Source: Eledone cirrhosa
Taxonomy: Eukaryota
Assembly (NCBI GenBank): GCA_964016885.1
Contig: OZ024743.1
Coordinates: forward strand, 26,660,001 to 26,724,000
DNA: 64,000 nucleotides
Reading direction: 5' to 3'
Positions 1-15,399 of this stretch are shown here, piece after piece. The translations under genes were made by a program, and so were the position numbers. Position 1 is the first letter of the stretch, and each line of letters begins with the position of its first letter. The notes under the pieces are model-generated. The model was not told where the DNA came from and made no database searches. It worked only from the letters and a program-made list of their open reading frames with translations.

Positions 1-1520
<1,520 letters not shown>

Positions 1521-3277
1521 ATAGAATGATCAATGGGCAAAGCTGGTTTCATTGCCTTGAATCAGTAACTAGACAATTGATAAAATTATCAGTATCAGTT
1601 GAAAGATTGACAATTATCAACAGTGAAATCTAAACATAAAGCAAGAAATGAGGGGTGGGACTTTTTCTGAATCCCAATAACACAAATGTGCCATTAGTAA
1701 TTATAAAGACATTCAATTCAATATATATTTACAGGTAAGTTATATAAATATACCAAGGGCTTGAAAGACAATAAATTTGGTTGAAAATTATATTAATAGA
1801 AAAAACAACAACTAAAAAAAAATGATAGTCATTTTGTCAGAAATGATACTGATATACTGATATTTGGTGGTTAACAGATATAGGATGTTACCTATTGCTT
1901 GTGTATAGTCAGTTTGGAATTAAACTTCCATGTATATTCCAACAACATAAACAAGTAATAAAAAGCCATAGTTGGTTGTAATGTACTTTTTCAAATAATT
2001 ACTGTCAATAATGGAAAAGTTGTCGAAACAGTATATGTAATGGTAGCTGTAATGACATGAGGAAAGAGATACTGCTTTGATAGTTAGTAGTATATTTAGT
2101 CACAGCCTTTTTACTGAACATCTCAGTCAACACAGCTCTTTATATTATTGTCTTCTGGCGGTTATGTCTCCTGAACCATGTTTAGATGATGAAGAGGTGG
2201 GTGAGAAGTGGGATGGGGTGTTTAAATACATATATAAACACACATTTAACACAGCAAATCAACAAAATTAACATAGTAAAAATAAACAACAAAATAAATG
2301 ACAGGTTGATACCAGTTTCAGTCACTGCATAGGTTAATATAGTCAATCTGAAAATAATTGTGATGTTGCTGGCACTTACCTACATTGTTGAATCTACAAA
2401 CTGACAGAAAATTGGAATATTTGTATTTAAGATCATGTAGAACACACATTTTATTATACAAATTTACAAATTATACTAAACATTATCTGTAAAATTTCAA
2501 AGAAAGCAAGTAAAACTGTATTTTCCATCATCACATTAAAAAAAAGTTAGCGAGGGAATTGTGTTGGGGGAAAGAAATAAAACTTTTGACTCAAGAGTAG
2601 ACCGTTTGCTAAAACAAAATTACTTCCCTTAGGAGAATTGCATTAATTTTCATTGTATTATTTATAGAGAAGGGAACAACCACATCAGAAGTTGCAACAT
2701 TGGCACTTATAAATACCTCAATACTAAAATACTTTGATCAAAGTCTGACCAAAATACAGCACTCCAGTTCAATGGATTATCTTAAGTATTTGAGATGAAG
2801 AATTCAAGTTCTTTAAATGCATGTGAGAACTAAATAAAAATAATTTAAGAGAAGATACTAAAATATTCAGATAGTCATTTGGTAAAATTAATATAAAGAT
2901 TTATCAATACAATAATCGAGAAAAATATCGTTAAACTAATATTATATGATCTTTTCATTAAGTTCTGTCATCTCTTTCTCTCTCTCTCTCTCTATATATA
3001 TATATACATACATACCAACTCTGCATGCTAGACTACTTGCCTACCCCCCTCACCCATCCTAATAAAACATTTTTTCAACTTTCCAGCCTCCCCTGTCTCT
3101 GAATTTTGCTCTTTCCTGATGTAGTACTATTTCCCAATAAGTGTGAAACTAATAAGACTTTGTGTTATTGTATGTTTGTCTTGTTTATCTTGAACTATAT
3201 ATACATACATACACCCATTTATGTGATTTATCCACTACACACACATACATACATATACACACATATATATATATACC

Positions 3278-4450
3278 ATCATCATCATCACCATTTTATG
3301 TCCACTTCTCCATGCTTGCATGGGTTGGACAGGTTCTTTTCAGCAGAGCATTTTTCCAATCATCTCAGTCTTTGGTCATCTCCTCTGAGATTCAGTGATT
3401 TCGAAATCAGCTCTTACAACCTCTGCCCCGGTCTTCCTTGGTCTCCCTCTATCACAGCTCCTTTTAATTAGGATTACTTGGCACTTCTTCACCCAGCGCT
3501 CATCATCCATATGCATCACATGGGCCATACCTGCACAGTCTTCTCTTCTGAACATTACATCTAATTCCGCTTCTATCCAACCTCTCTTTCAGCTCATCTA
3601 GGCATTGCCTTTCACACATATTAACATTGCATATCCATCAAAGCATGCTTGCTTCATTTCTCTCCAGCCTTTATATATCTTCTGCATTCACTGCTCATGT
3701 CTCACTATTATGCAACATCACACAGTTGGCCTTCCATTCATAGAGAGAAACCTTTTGCTGTCAACAGAGGGAGCAGCTTTCTGAACTTTTTCCATCCTGT
3801 TCTTACTCTAGCTATTATGCTCTCGGTGCAGCCTCCTCCTCCACTAATTTTATTACCTAGGTAACAGAAGCTATCAACTACTTGTATGGAGCCTTCCTGG
3901 GATTGAAAAATGTTTATTTTACTTGTGCTCTTACTAAATATCCCTGTGTGTCTACGACATACAAATTTTACTCTTTTGTTAGTCTGTCTATTACACCACT
4001 ATACCTCTTGTGTATCTAAATTGAACAGGGCTACTTTCTTGATAGGATCAGGGTCTTATCTTCTTTCCTGCTTACCAGAATTTTAGTTTTTCCTAAGTTT
4101 AGTCTAAGCCTTTTTGACTATTTCTGTTTCCAAAGCTGGAATTTCTTCTTTCACAGATTTGGCTATTAGAATCAGGTCATTGGCATATAGGAGTTCTCAT
4201 AAGCAACATGTCTTAAACTCTTCTGTTATGGCCTGCAGAACTATGATAAACAGAAGTGGGCCGAGATCAGAGCCTTGAGGAACACCTACTTGCACATTGA
4301 ATTCCTTACTAAACTCATTGCCTACTCTCATCTTACTAACAGTTCCTCTATAGATGGCTCACAAGCTATTCTTCCATGCCTAATTTCCTAAAGGCCACCA
4401 GATGACAGATCAAGGTACGTTGTCAAAAATCTTCTCTAGATCAACAGAAG
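3278..4450 (-). mobile_element. Decayed RTE-clade LINE (RT to 3' tail)
   Basis: Degenerate RT and C-terminal coding remnants similar to 56322-57275 and 12895-13892; (CAT)n tail on + strand. Confidence 0.85.
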
Positions 4451-4581
4451 ATCTCTCTCTCTATATATATACGTACATGTATCATTTACTGTTTGATTAA
4501 AATTATAAATATTTTATATATTGTATTGAGAACTTTTTTGCTTGTACAATTAATGCACCTCTATGTATATGTGCATATATA

Positions 4582-4644
<63 letters not shown>

Positions 4645-4950
4645 GCATTCACACACACATTTATATATACATACATATAAATAGGAACATGCATCTATAA
4701 AAATTAGAGACATTGTTAGAAGTAACGAATTAAGTATATATTTTAAACTAACTACATTAAGTTAAATCCTGGTTGAGCATTTTAGATAGCTTTTGAACTA
4801 AGAAGAGTGGAGAAAGTGAAACTTGAAGGTTTCATTAATTTAGAACTGCAAAATAACTTTCAAAATTTTAATTTATTTATAGAAAACAAAGCATTAAAAT
4901 TGTTTAATTGCTGAAAGTAATTTATAAATATGTTTTTTTTTATAGGAACA

Positions 4951-5200
4951 AACCCTTTTGATACCAAACTGCTTCTGTTTCTATGATAGAAAGCTGTTTG
5001 TTTTACAGTGTTAAATAATTATCTAAAAAAACACAAAAAAACACACACATCCATTATAATTTTATGTATGAACTTTTAAGTTATGTTTCAAACAAGCTTA
5101 ATAATGAGAAAGTTATATTACTAAATCCCTCCAAATTTTTCATTATTTTCAAAATCATAGAGAGTGCTTTTCATCAGAAATACAGTAAGAAAAGGGTTAA
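4951..5200 (+). mobile_element. MITE family 2 (CCCTT...AAGGG-TTAA, piggyBac-like)
   Basis: Similar to 34989-35243; termini aacccttt...aaagggttaa. Confidence 0.7.
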
Positions 5201-6610
5201 TTACCCACATATACTAAATAATAAAGCTACACTTGTAGAAATGAGGAAAGAAAGTACTTTTTTCTTGTTATAGAATGTATAGACTATATTCTATTTCTAA
5301 GAAGTACACTTTACACCATTGACTACATGTATTTTGGTCAACAGATATAGAGACAAAGTATATGAAGAGAGAGTCAGGAATAAATCCAATGTTTTGACAG
5401 AATTTTTTCACAGTAACAACATACACATAGGGGACATACACAGAATTATTTTGGAATGTGATAAGAGTCACCGCACATTATTATTATTATTGAAATAGTT
5501 CTACTATTTTGACAGAATAGTAATAACAACAAGAAGGTTTCAAGTCTAACTGATGATATTTGCTGCAAAGCAGAATATTTTTTTGTCTGACTCAGCAGAC
5601 AACTACTTAACACCTAGGTGAATATATAATTCATACATAGCTTTCTCAACTGGTCTCTGCTATCTCCTACACTGTCTCACCAAATCACATTTTAATAAAT
5701 GCCCACAACTGAAAGGACAAAAAGGAGTACTGAGTACATCAGTTGAATAGTGAGGAAACATTAATGGTTATATGCTGGAGTATAAAGTTCCATCGGTCAG
5801 TAAAATGCCTGGAAATACTGACATTGAATTCAGAATTGCCACTGAAGTAAAAAGAGAAAATTCTGGCCAGTAGCAAGGAGAATTATCTATAATACCATGA
5901 CAAAAACTGATTCAATTTGACAGAACTTTGTAATATTTGATGCTAGTTGTTTTACTTGTGATTCTAAGTTCTAATGGTGTCAATTAAGTACTTAATTAAA
6001 ACCATATAACCTAAAGTTTCAGAACAGAATTGCACACATGTAACTGCATATAATTGTTACAGGTAGACAGTTAAAATGATAAGGTGTGGTAGCCGACTTG
6101 GTTACATCTAAATGTATTGAGACACTACAATTATATTGCTGCACACAGCTCTACACATCATAGGAGGTATTGATTCTTCTTCTTCTTTTTTTTTCGGAAA
6201 AGTGAGTCTATAGTTGTTATAATCCAGCAGAGTCAGTCATGTTGGAAGATGTTGTTCCAATATTAGTGATGGACGTGGCAACAGCAACAATGGTAGATTT
6301 AACAGCAAAAGTAATAACAGCTTTACTAATTAACATAAGAGGACTGAGAAACATAATCCCTCTACTAAATCTTGAAATAGCAATGGAATTAAAAGATTAA
6401 CAGAAATAAACATTACAGAGTTTAAAGTGTGTGTGTGGCGGGGTATTGGAGGAGTACATAGAGGGGGAAAGGAAGAGTGGTGGTAAATGTAGCACCAATA
6501 TTTTGAAAATATTTCACTTCAACTTTCTTATTTAAAATACTTTATAATTTAGGTTTGCTATTTCTGGAGGAAATGCAAACAGAATATATATATATATATG
6601 CATATACACA

Positions 6611-6678
<68 letters not shown>

Positions 6679-6720
6679 TATACATACACACACATATATA
6701 TACATACATACACACACGTG

Positions 6721-6754
<34 letters not shown>

Positions 6755-6851
6755 TATATAAACATATATATATGTGTATATATATATAAACATATATATA
6801 TGTGTATATATATATATATACACATATATATAGATATATACACACACACAC

Positions 6852-6890
<39 letters not shown>

Positions 6891-6899
6891 AAAAAAAGT

Positions 6900-7174
6900 C
6901 TAAAGTCTGTCTTAAGCCAGAAGGCTCTTTTGACCAGTGCTTATCCCGGTTTCATGGCGTGAAGCGACTGAGAGTACAAGACTACCCCTGGACAGGACGC
7001 CAGTCCATCGCAGGGTTAAACCTCCAGCTATTGCTGGTACTCATTTTCAGCTGAGTATACTGGAGCAATGTGAAATGAAGTGTTTTGCTCAAGAACACAA
7101 CACGCATCCCAAGAATCGAGCCCATGACATTATGATCGTAAGTCTAACACTCTTACCTCTAGGCCACGTGCCTC

Positions 7175-7177
<3 letters not shown>
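6900..7177 (-). mobile_element. tRNA-derived SINE
   Basis: A-box/B-box-like head followed by tgtgttcttgagcaaaacactt core; related copies at 22037, 47590 and 56000. Confidence 0.8.
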
Positions 7178-7219
<42 letters not shown>

Positions 7220-7262
7220 TATATATATATACATATATATGTATATATATACATATATATAC

Positions 7263-7293
<31 letters not shown>

Positions 7294-8392
7294 CATATAT
7301 ATACATATATATATACATATATATACATATATACACATATATATATATATACACACACAGAAAAAAAAAATATATATATAGACCAACCATTCCTAAGCGA
7401 GATTATGGAGCAAAATCAATGTTTTAATTGTTAAAGTCTAGCACACATATTTCACATTTGTTTGCATAGTATGTTGTAGTTAAAAGGCGCAGAAAAGGTT
7501 TTGAAAATAGAAGAACAGATATGAATTGATATTAAACAATCCTTTTTTTTTTTTTAATCTGACAATGTTTCGAAGGAAAATATTTAAACATTAGAAAAGA
7601 TATGAGAATATAAGCTCTTTGGTTGTGATTTAAACTGACCTTATTTTCATCATATCTTTATAAAGTAAGGATATAACTGTAATTCAATTTTATAACTGAC
7701 ACACTTATACATACAACTCATAAGCTACAAGCATTTTATCAGTGTTTAAAGATAACATTTGATTGAGAAAATATATATGTATAATAACAGTTATGCTTTC
7801 ATAACAGATTATTATTATAATTATCATTTTTATAAAGTACACATATCTATAATATCTACTAAGGTCTAACTGTGACCCTGAGGTAGTATTATTCCACAAG
7901 ACTGAATGTAACAAAATGTACCTCCAGCACAGGTGTATTTGGGGTTATTTTATAAGGAATATTTTTATTTAACACGACAATGTTCGGAGCCCAGGTATAA
8001 CTTTACTCTTGTTTGCTTTTCTTTTACATAAGGAAATATTATTAACATTACTACTACTAATAATTATTATTTCTTTTATTGGCCACAAGGGCACACATCG
8101 TGGGGGGGCAATAATAATAATAAGATACAAGCATAAATTTTAGAATTATTTAAAATTTTCAGATAAGTAAAGATTAAAGTATATTTAGTTTAGAAACATT
8201 TCTAATTTGGAAATTAACTTAAAAGAAAAAAACAAGATATTTGGAATGATAAACAAAGAACAAAAACCAAACTAATATATTTGTTGCTATATTGATCCCA
8301 GCTTCTTTGATGAATTGATTTGTTAACTATGAAAATCAAAACTATTTAAACACTTTTTAAGCCCTAAGACTTATTTCATCCATTTAGTTGAA

Positions 8393-8451
<59 letters not shown>

Positions 8452-8970
8452 CATATATATATACATGTATGTATGTGTGTATATATATATATATATACAC
8501 ATATATACATGTATGCGTGTGTATATATATATATACAAACCCACACACAAATCCATTCATTTTTCTCATACTGGTCATAGCTTAAAAGTGCTACTTGCAA
8601 CACATGATTTATAATAGTTCAAACAATTAAATTTTATTCTTCATTGCACATAATTTGACACTGATATAAAATGCATGGTTGATTCACAACCTAACATTAT
8701 TTAGTTTAGATTAATAAAAAAATATTGGTTTATTTAAAGAGAAAATAAAGTAAAATATATATATTAGTCAGTAGAGAAATTCACACCAATCCTGACTTTA
8801 AGTTGAATGTATATAGGAAAGCAAAAAAAAAAAGACAAAAAAAAAGGAGTATATACAGTGTATTATTTGAATTAGTTTTTATGTAACATTGTTACTAATC
8901 CTTTGTGGAATGAAAGGCTTAATAATGAGGGTTTAGATTAAACTGAAGACCACTTTTTTTATATTAAGAT

Positions 8971-9276
8971 CTAGTGGGCAGTGGTTACTTCTTTAGCATT
9001 CTTACCTAGATTAGTCAATGCTACAGCTGGTGAAGGGCAAGGAGGAGAACAGTGAGGGCTGGAAGCGTTTGCTCTAGGGGTGCCTTTCGTTGAGGATTGT
9101 AAGATATTGTGTATAACTGAGCTATTATTGCTGTTACTAATGTTGCTACTACTATTGTTGTTGCTGAAGTCCTTGTTGAGACACTCTAATGAATGTACTT
9201 TTGTCAACTTCCCATTCTCTATTCCAGCAGCTACATAAGAGAATACACACAAAACTGCATAACATATCTGGTCAGC
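8971..9276 (-). CDS. MADD: MADD terminal coding exon K (ADQICYAVLCVFSYVAAG...EVTTAH*)
   Basis: tttcag acceptor; ICY.VLC.FSYVAA MADD C-terminal motif, then an Asn/Ser-rich tail and TAG. Confidence 0.92.
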   Translation of the reverse strand, partial: ADQICYAVLCVFSYVAAGIENGKLTKVHSLECLNKDFSNNNSSSNISNSNNSSVIHNILQSSTKGTPRANASSPHCSPPCPSPAVALTNLGKNAKEVTTAH

Positions 9277-11285
9277 CTGAAATGAAAAATAAAAAAAACA
9301 TCCTTTATCATTGAATATTTCATTAGATAATTAATTATTGAATGAATATACCATAATAAAGTATATTATTTCAATATTAGCTGGCACAACAGTAGCTACT
9401 AGTAGTGTAGAATGTTAGTTCCTAAGAAAATTTGTTTGTAATATCAACAAGACCTTTCTATAAGCTGTTACAGATTGAAATCTGCATATCAATTTTTTAA
9501 ACTAGGGAAATAACATTTTAAAATTATAACTAAATAATTTCATAGTTATTATTACTGTTCTCTAAGTTGCTAATCTATTAATATTTTTTGACATTATACC
9601 AATTTTCAATATACTTTTATTAAACTATTAATTTTCATTCTAGGAAATTGTTACACTGAATTAACATAAGAAATCTAAGTAGTCTGAAAATCTCTGAATA
9701 AGCTTATTCTAGCTGCTTAAACAAGACGTAAGATTTTCTTCGGAAAATACGTTTTCTTAGAATACTTTTACTATTTTGTGTATCATTTTATGAAGATTAA
9801 ATTTCAGGTCTCAAAAAATAAAGTTAGTTTGATATAACTAAGCAATTTGATATAACTAAGCATTTCAGTTGAAAAGGCTGGAAAAGCATGTTTTGGCAGT
9901 CTATACTGATATAATTGTTATATATTTACATCAGATACTAAAATAGAAGAATTAGAAGCAAAGGAACAAATAAACTGTTGAAACTCAACAATTGTGTAAT
10001 TAGCATGTAATAAATAAGTTGAAATATTTGTTGTGGGTAAATGTGACATGATGATCACACTATGAATTTAGAACCGGAAATAAAAACATTAGGTGTAATA
10101 ATTAAAATTCAGGTTTAGTATAAAGCAGAAATAATAAAGTTTAGGTTATGATTAACTGATCAATATCAATATCTGGAACAATGTCAGAAACAAAAAATAA
10201 CAAAAAGATAAAGATATAGAAAAGAAAATCCAGTAAAACCTAAAGAAAATAAGTTAGTTGTGAACGTTAGTTAATTGAATGCAGATATAGATGGAACTCC
10301 ATTTTGTGGAATTTTATGTCTGAAGAAATATTGATGTTTTAAGATCTTCCATTAAATATCTTTAATGATATAGGATGAGTGGATGGCAGAATCAATAGAA
10401 TATAGGACAAAATACATTTAGGTATTTAGTTGTGTCCCTTTATATTCTGAGTTCAAATCTTGCCCAGACCCACTTAGCCTTTCAACTTTTTGAGATTGAT
10501 CAAGTAAGTACCAGTAGAAAAACAAAATAATGTAAGTACAGGGGTTAATGTAATTGGCTACAGCCTAGAAGGTTGTTTTCCTGAATGGCCAATGACTGAA
10601 ACCATTAAAAGAAATTTAAAAATGTGATAATACTGAATATATGTTTACATCATTCAACTATATATACATATATAATATTGTTATACAAAGTATATACTTC
10701 TGAAGCAGGAATCTATGAACAGCTCATAACTTTTCCTATAATGTATGATGCTATATTTTACTCGTATTTTACATGCAAAATGGTTAGCCAGATAATATAT
10801 TGCACTGCTAAATTCTGCATTGTGAAATCAAATTGTTTTGTTTCTATACACAATACATTATTTTACACTGCCCTATATCATCTAGGAAAAAAAGGAAGAA
10901 AGAAGAGGGGAAGGTATGGAAGAAACTAGAATAAAGGTGTGGGGATGGTATGTTGATAAGAAAGCAGCATCAGTGATAGTCAGTTGGAGAAGCTTCTAAT
11001 AAATTGGAGATATTTATAAGATGTTGATAGTGATAGTGATTAAAATAAATAAAATAAAATGGACAATCTATTAAATATAAGGCTAAAGAAACTTCTGGTA
11101 GATTAATAATGTTTATGATGATAATAATGGAAGCAATAGATAGTGCTGTTGTTTAAGATGACGATGATGGTGATAAATAAGAGATGTTAATAAAAATAAA
11201 AAATAGAATTAATACGATAAAGTAAATAAATTATGTGAGTAGGTGAGTGTATATGAATTAATGGAAATTATTTAAAATAAGATTA

Positions 11286-11637
11286 AGGTATGGAGTCTGA
11301 TGGTCATCCGAAGAATAGGTTCATGGCCAGGAATAAGCCATTATATCTAGCTTTTGTTGACCTAAGAAAAAAGTTTGACAGAGTGCCCTGATCTATTAAC
11401 TGGTGGTATTTGGGGGAAATTAGGTGTGGAACAATGGTTGGTGAGAGCAGTGCAGGTCATGTACAGTTGAGCTGTCAGCAAAGTGAGAGTAGGAAATGAG
11501 TTTAGTGGGGAATTCAAGGTATAAGTGGAAGTTTGTCAAGGTATGGTTCTTAGCCTACTATTATTTAGTATAGTCCTCCAGGCTCTAACAGAGGAGTTTA
11601 AGACTGGTTGCTCATAGGAACTTCTCTGTGTGGATGG
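11286..11637 (+). mobile_element. Decayed RTE reverse-transcriptase fragment
   Basis: Encodes KPLYLAFVDL, QG.VLSLLLF and EEFKTGC remnants. Confidence 0.8.
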
Positions 11638-11899
11638 TTTGAAAGGATGAAGGAAAAGAGCACTCTATGTTATCAACAGAGCTGATATATCATTGATATC
11701 TGCTTGATACAGTTGATTGCTACCTTAGGTTTCAAAACATACTTCTGTATTAGCCATAAAGTTTTATCATGGTCAAATAGCAGAGACCATAATATAACTT
11801 TATGGCTAATACAGTGGCATGTTTTGAAACCATATATAGCAATCAACTGTGCCGAGCAGACATTAATACATTGGTTGCTTGTTCAATGCAAAGCTTAAC

Positions 11900-12100
11900 C
11901 ACATCAGCTATGCATGCAGACAATATGTCCAGACCCCAACAGTTGGTTTTTATAAATAACTGCCTGGATGGAACAAATACCAGATGCAGCTAGAACATCA
12001 AATTTGGGAGTGAATGCATATATTTTCAGAATATGGCATAAGAATTTTTGATGAAATCGTTCCAAGAGTCTAAAGTGATGTTTGTAACACATTCAAGTTT
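11900..12100 (-). mobile_element. RTE/BovB-like LINE C-terminal fragment
   Basis: LLERFHQKFLCHILKI...DVLAASGICSI...QL.GSGHIVCM resembles the BovB-type post-RT region. Confidence 0.65.
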
Positions 12101-12289
12101 CAGAGAAGTAGAAAAGAGAGGTTAACACAAACGATTTAGAAACAATTTTTTTGTTTTATTGTTGATGTCTTTGTGACCAGACCTGAGACTTTAAACTACC
12201 AAAATATTTTGCTCTCTTTTAAGAGAGATCAACCAGAGAGGGGTTCCTCCAACAGGAGTGAGAAGGCTCTGAATTGAACATATAGATAT

Positions 12290-12460
12290 ACACTGTATAT
12301 GTGGTTGGTGTTAGGAAGGGCATCCAGCTGTAAAAAAACCTGCCAGAGATGCTTCTGTGTGAGCGAGGCATCGTCTCCCGACCATTCCCGCATCAAATGG
12401 AACAAAACCATCTAACCCATGCTAGCGTGGAAGATGGTCGTTAAACAATGATGATGATGA
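12290..12460 (+). mobile_element. Short element sharing the RTE 3' tail (SINE tail or truncated RTE)
   Basis: gtggttggtgttaggaagggcatccagctgta...cgttaaacaatgatgatg; similar copies near 21853, 26215 and 57603. Confidence 0.75.
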
Positions 12461-12640
12461 TAAATTTATATGAATACATACACATAATTATATACATATG
12501 CATATATATATATATATATACAGATGAATATATACGTACATAAATATATATATATCTAAATCAGGATGGATTCAGTTTGAAACTGGTTATACCATTACTC
12601 AACAGAGTACTTGATACTTGGGGTAGTAGAGTATGGTTAT

Positions 12641-12748
12641 ATTATATACAGTCGTGACCGAACAGCTGAGATCATGCCATTTCAACAGCTAGTTCCAGTC
12701 TGGAACTAGCTGTTGAAATGGCAAGAGCTCAGCCATCGGGTATATAAT
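12641..12748. repeat. Palindrome with perfect 24-bp arms (12675-12698 / 12700-12723) and imperfect extensions
   Basis: tgccatttcaacagctagttccag-t-ctggaactagctgttgaaatggca. Confidence 0.95.
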
Positions 12749-12894
12749 GTATATATATATATATATATATGTATGTATATACATAAATATATATATTATT
12801 AGCGTGGAAAATAGACATTAAACAATGATGATGATGATATATATATATATTTATGTATATACATAAATACATATATATATATATATAAATACTA

Positions 12895-13892
12895 GCTCTT
12901 TCAATTGCGCAGAGGGTTCTATAGAAATAGTGGACAGCTTCCGTTACCTGGGCGATAAAATCAGCAGTGGGGGAGGGTGCTCTGAAAGTACTGTAGCTAG
13001 AGTCAGAACTGGTTGGAAAAAGTTCAGAGAGCTTATACCACTATTAGCTGCTAAAGGGTTCTCACTAAAAATGAAAGGCAGGTTGTACGATGCCTGCATA
13101 CGAACAGCAATGCTGCATGGCAGTGAGACCTGGGCATTGTGTGCAGAGGATATACGCAGACTAGAGAGGAACGAAGCTTGCATGCTCCGCTGGATGTGTA
13201 ACAGTAATATACGTGAACGGCAAAGCATAAACGAACTAAGGAAAAAATTAGAGATAAGAGGGATCAGATGTTGTTTACTCGAGAGAAGGCTACGTTGGTA
13301 CGGACACGTGATGCGCATGAAAGTCGACAGCTGTATAACAAAGTGCAGGGCAATAAAGATAGACGGTAGTCACGGAATAGGCAGACCTAGAAAAACCTGG
13401 GACGAGCTGATAAACTCCGACATCACACACTTACACCTCTCCAAGACAATGTCACTGGACCGAGACCTTTGGCGGTACTCAGTAACAGAGAAGACCCGCC
13501 TTACCTAAATATATAGTAAAACCTACTCCAGCCAGTAGGCATCTCTAACAAAATACACCCCGTCCCACCACCACCACCCCACCCCGTTCTATGTAAAGTT
13601 ATGTTGGTGCCGCGCCATCGAGGCCGAAACAAATGAGATCGTGTAGGTGTCACGACAAAAAAACACACAGTCCACGCTGTAATGTGGCCGTGTAGGCAAC
13701 ACGGTAAAAACCTCCCAGACCCACACTGTAAATGTGGTTGGTGTTAGGAAGGGCATCCAACTGTAGAAAACCTGCCAGACAGTCCTATGCGAGCAAGACA
13801 ATCACTCTTGCCTCAAGTGGGACTACCCCCGTCCAAACCCATGCAAGCGTGGAACACGGACGTTAAACGTTGATGATGATGATGATGATGAT
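12895..13892 (+). mobile_element. 5'-truncated young RTE LINE (ORF C-terminus, 3' UTR, (GAT)n tail)
   Basis: Open ORF 12930-13508 with FRYLG, MLHGSETW, RRLRWYGHVMR and GRPRKTW motifs. Confidence 0.93.
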
Positions 13893-14847
13893 ACTCATAA
13901 ATACCCACATATTTGTATAATTCTAATTAAATTAACTATTCAGTGGGAGATTTACTTATAATTCCCAGACCAGGGTTAAACACTGGTCTGTAAGAGATAC
14001 TAGAAGCATTATATATCAAGTTAGGAAGCATTATTTAAATCTTTCATAATTTATAAATGAAGCAAGAAAGGGAAGAAGAAAATACTGGACACTGATCCAA
14101 ATTAAACAGTTAGAGTAATTAAAAGAACAGTGGAAATTGAAAATTATTAAACTGTCCCTCTCACTTTTTTGACATAATTGTTATCCCTTCACTCATTATC
14201 AGTTGAATGCAGCTAGGTTTTTCAGAAATAATATTCACAGTTAAATTACTAGTAAAGTAAAAAGTAAGGCAACAATAAGGTATATATTATTCTTTTTGGA
14301 GTCTATTAACTTTGTATCTTGATGATTTACCAACCAATAATTAAATATATGACCTTGAGCTATTGTTATACTTTAAGCCCAAGTCAGTACTGATTGAGCA
14401 GATTTATAAACAAAAGTATTTCAGTCATTATCATTCTGTTTTGTTTAAAATTTGTTTAAAATTGTTTAAATTAGTTAAAATTGGTCAACCTTCTTTTAAT
14501 GTCCATTTATTGATGGTGCCATTGGGTGGCTAGGTGTTTAATACATATCTTTGTATATCTTGATCATGTGTGAATTAATTTATGAGATTCTTACTTCTCA
14601 TGCCTTCATCACTTTAATTCTACCATCAGCATATTAAACACTTCTTCTGTGCCCACTTATTTCTGAGAAGGTCGTGGGGGCAGAGTCCTCAAACACAACA
14701 TGCTAAATAGTTTTGTGTCCAATATTTTTATGTTTTTCATAAACAATTATTTTGTTTCTTCAATCATTTATTCTAGTTGATGTAAAAAAATAACTGTTCA
14801 GTAAATTAAATAACATCTGAATCTATATCATTGTATAAATGAGTGTT

Positions 14848-14850
<3 letters not shown>

Positions 14851-14920
<70 letters not shown>
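14851..14920. repeat. (GA)n microsatellite
   Basis: Direct observation. Confidence 0.97.
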
Positions 14921-14923
<3 letters not shown>

Positions 14924-15008
14924 AGAGGGGGATAAACAGAGATAGAGATCAGTTTAATAAGTTTTCAGTATCCAAATATAAAAAAAAGTTACTGCACAGA
15001 AGCCAGTG

Positions 15009-15119
15009 TCAAGTTAAGTATGGCCTACTCTTTATACGATAGGTGAGTCTCTTTGAGCTTACGCTCAATGCCATATGTCTCGAAAAGACACGGTGAACCA
15101 TTAAAACCATCTGATTGGC
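15009..15119 (-). CDS. MADD: Alternative terminal coding exon K' (ANQMVLMVHRVFSRHMALSVSSKRLTYRIKSRPYLT*)
   Basis: ctttctttatctctag acceptor, phase 0 after exon J; aligns without gaps to exon K (A.Q....V..VFS...A). Confidence 0.75.
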   Translation of the reverse strand, partial: ANQMVLMVHRVFSRHMALSVSSKRLTYRIKSRPYLT

Positions 15120-15277
15120 CTAGAGATAAAGAAAGATTATGTTTCACATCAATTTTATACACCAAGATAATCTGAAATGATTCTATAATTCATCATACTA
15201 TACCTGATATGTGTGCGTGTTTGTAAATTTATCTATGTACATACATGTGTGTGTGTGTGTATATATAATTAGTATAA

Positions 15278-15399
15278 ATTATTATATTAGGAAAAGCAAG
15301 AAGTGAAGTGAAATTTGAAGAGAGATTAATTTGATTAATTAAATAAATCTCTCTTCAAATTTCACCTCATTCCTTGCCTGTTTTTCCTAATATAATAAT
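15278..15399. repeat. Inverted repeat forming a long hairpin of about 55 bp
   Basis: gtgaaatttgaagagagatt / aatctctcttcaaatttcac plus attattatattaggaaaa / ttttcctaatataataat. Confidence 0.9.

Noticed and set aside
2146-2220. Ser/Pro-rich open stretch on the minus strand (TPSHFSPTSSSSKHGSG...)
   Set aside because: No AG acceptor nearby; cannot be linked to the MADD frame.
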